Assembly (NCBI GenBank): GCA_017999345.1
Contig: JAGNLY010000002.1
Span: 4,425-68,424 of the forward strand
Direction: 5' to 3'
Length of the DNA stretch: 64,000 nt
Source: Candidatus Woesebacteria bacterium
Lineage (GTDB): Bacteria; Patescibacteriota; Microgenomatia; UBA1400; PJMF01
In this document: positions 62,559 through 64,000 of the stretch, in pieces
Layout of the letters: every line of letters starts with the position of its first letter
Numbering within the stretch: position 1 is the stretch's first letter
Notes under the pieces: model-generated
The model's input: the letters and a program-made list of their open reading frames with translations, nothing else
What the model was told of the DNA's origin: nothing
Databases searched by the model: none
Made by a program: the position numbers and the translations under genes

Positions 62559-64000
62559 TTACAAGCTTTTCTCGTTTATCTCTTCCAAAATTTTAGTTGT
62601 GAAATCTGCAACAGAAACAATATTTTGCTCTCTAGTATCAAGTTTTCTCACAGCAACAGTATTATCTTTTGCTTCATTCTCTCCCACCACCAACATGTAT
62701 GGAACTTTATCCATTTGAGCGTCTCTAATCTTTGCCTGCAAGCGCTCTGCTCTCTCGTCAAGCTCAACTCTAACGCCAGCTTTGCGCAACTGCTCAACAA
62801 CTTTTTTTGCATAATCCATATGTTTGTCAGAAACCGGCAAGACTTTTGCCTGAACTGGAGCCAACCAAACTGGGAATTTACCTGCGAAATGTTCAATCAA
62901 GATAGACATATAACGCTCAATTGATCCCATGATTGCTGCATGAATCATTACGATTCTCTCTTTTTCACCATTTTCATTGGTGCATGATAGATCAAATGAG
63001 TTTGGCATGTTCATATCGAGTTGATTGGTTGCGACTTGCCACTCTCTTCCCAAAGAATCATGGGCCATAAAATCAAGTTTTGGGCCATAAAATGCTGCTT
63101 CACCCAAGGCTTCGACTGTCTCAATACCTCTTTCTTTAGCAATATCTCGCAAGGCATTTTCTGCCATATTCCAATCTTCTTTGCTTCCCAAATAGTTTTC
63201 TGGTTTTTCTGGATCAGAAAGCGATAATCTAAGCGTAAGTTTGAAGCCAACTGCGTTGTAAAAATCATCAATAATGTCCCAAATCTTCAAAATTTCATCT
63301 TTGAATTGAGAAATTCTACAAAAAACGTGAGCATCATCTTGCGTAATAGCACGAACTCTAGATAAACCAGACAGTTCGCCTGTCTGCTCATCTCGATAAA
63401 CCATAGTTGTGTTGGCATATCTTTGAGGCATTTCTTTGTATGAATGTGGCTTTCTAGCAAAAATCTGGGTGTGATGTGGGCAGTTCATTGGCTTCATCAC
63501 AAAATGATGTCCTTCTCTGGTTTTCATGCTAAATAACTCATCGCCAAATTTATCCCAGTGGCCACTAACAACGTATAAATCTTTCTTGGTAATATGAGGA
63601 ATCTCCACTCTTTCGTAACCTTTTGCTTTTCTAAGTTCCCAAACAAAATCATTGAGAATATTTCTCATTAGAGTACCTCTTGGGGTCCAAAGTGGCAAAC
63701 CAGGGCCAACTAAGTCAGAAAAAGTAAACAAGTCTAATTCTTTACCAAGTTTTCTGTGATCACGCTCTTTGGCTTCTTTTTTCATTTTCAAGAAAGCCTC
63801 CAATTCCTCGGCTGTCTCAAAAGCAGTGCCATAAATACGAGTTAGCATTTTGTTTTTTTCGCTACCTCGCCAATATGCACCTGCCACTGACATTAATTTG
63901 AAATGTTTGAGTTCTACTGCTGGTTTATCAATGTGCCCTCCCCTACATAAATCCAAGAAATTTCCAGATTTATAAAAAGTTAGCTGATCTCCATTTTTTG
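62559..64000 (-). CDS. thrS: threonyl-tRNA synthetase, C-terminal about 480 aa; 5' end outside window
   Basis: Frame stays open to the window edge (..KNGDQLTFYKSGNFLDLCRGGH..); class II motifs YRDEQTGELSGLSRVR, GREWQ, anticodon-binding PYMLVVGENE. Confidence 0.95.
   Translation of the reverse strand, partial: KNGDQLTFYKSGNFLDLCRGGHIDKPAVELKHFKLMSVAGAYWRGSEKNKMLTRIYGTAFETAEELEAFLKMKKEAKERDHRKLGKELDLFTFSDLVGPGLPLWTPRGTLMRNILNDFVWELRKAKGYERVEIPHITKKDLYVVSGHWDKFGDELFSMKTREGHHFVMKPMNCPHHTQIFARKPHSYKEMPQRYANTTMVYRDEQTGELSGLSRVRAITQDDAHVFCRISQFKDEILKIWDIIDDFYNAVGFKLTLRLSLSDPEKPENYLGSKEDWNMAENALRDIAKERGIETVEALGEAAFYGPKLDFMAHDSLGREWQVATNQLDMNMPNSFDLSCTNENGEKERIVMIHAAIMGSIERYMSILIEHFAGKFPVWLAPVQAKVLPVSDKHMDYAKKVVEQLRKAGVRVELDERAERLQAKIRDAQMDKVPYMLVVGENEAKDNTVAVRKLDTREQNIVSVADFTTKILEEINEKSL

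Noticed and set aside
1-64000. Alternative genetic code (UGA or UAG recoding, as in some CPR lineages)
   Set aside because: All housekeeping genes (glmS, topA, cysS, mrdA and others) are full-length and uninterrupted under the standard code, and stops of all three kinds terminate ORFs at expected lengths.

Overview
AT-rich, densely coded 64-kb chromosomal window read with the standard code. Proteins are short and divergent and carry low-complexity inserts; gene content resembles a reduced-genome Patescibacteria/CPR-type bacterium (inference only).

Core regions (1-38 kb and 56.8-64 kb):
- Translation and tRNA charging: hisS, cysS, thrS (partial), prfA, def-fmt, hpf, ychF.
- Ribosomal proteins: rpmE, rpsF-ssb-rpsR, rpmB, rpmG, secE-nusG-rplK-rplA.
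- DNA functions: recR, topA, dprA.
- Envelope: glmS, mreBCD-mrdA, galU.
- A nine-gene pyrimidine deoxynucleotide cluster (tmk, dut, thyA, dCMP deaminase and others).
- Four tRNAs: Trp, Thr-GGT, Tyr, Thr-TGT.

Accessory region (38.6-56.7 kb): transporters, surface-glycan-type enzymes and many orphan ORFs.

Main hunt results:
1. Downstream of tRNA-Trp (50.5-54.9 kb), five co-oriented repeats look like decayed anticodon-loop-to-3'-end copies of the tRNA. One is an exact 20-nt copy. They partition tiny self-contained cassettes (own promoter, orphan ORFs, terminator). No recombinase is present in the window.
2. An unannotated 46-codon ORF with a Shine-Dalgarno site sits directly in front of a glutaminase-less asparagine-synthetase homologue. 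This is a lasso/RiPP-like layout, but the protease and RRE partners are missing.
3. A 140-nt four-helix structured element lies between galU and the tRNA cluster. I cannot assign it to a known RNA family.

No rRNA, CRISPR array, transposase, integrase or phage structural gene was recognised. All product calls rest on motif recognition by eye; no database search or folding program was available.
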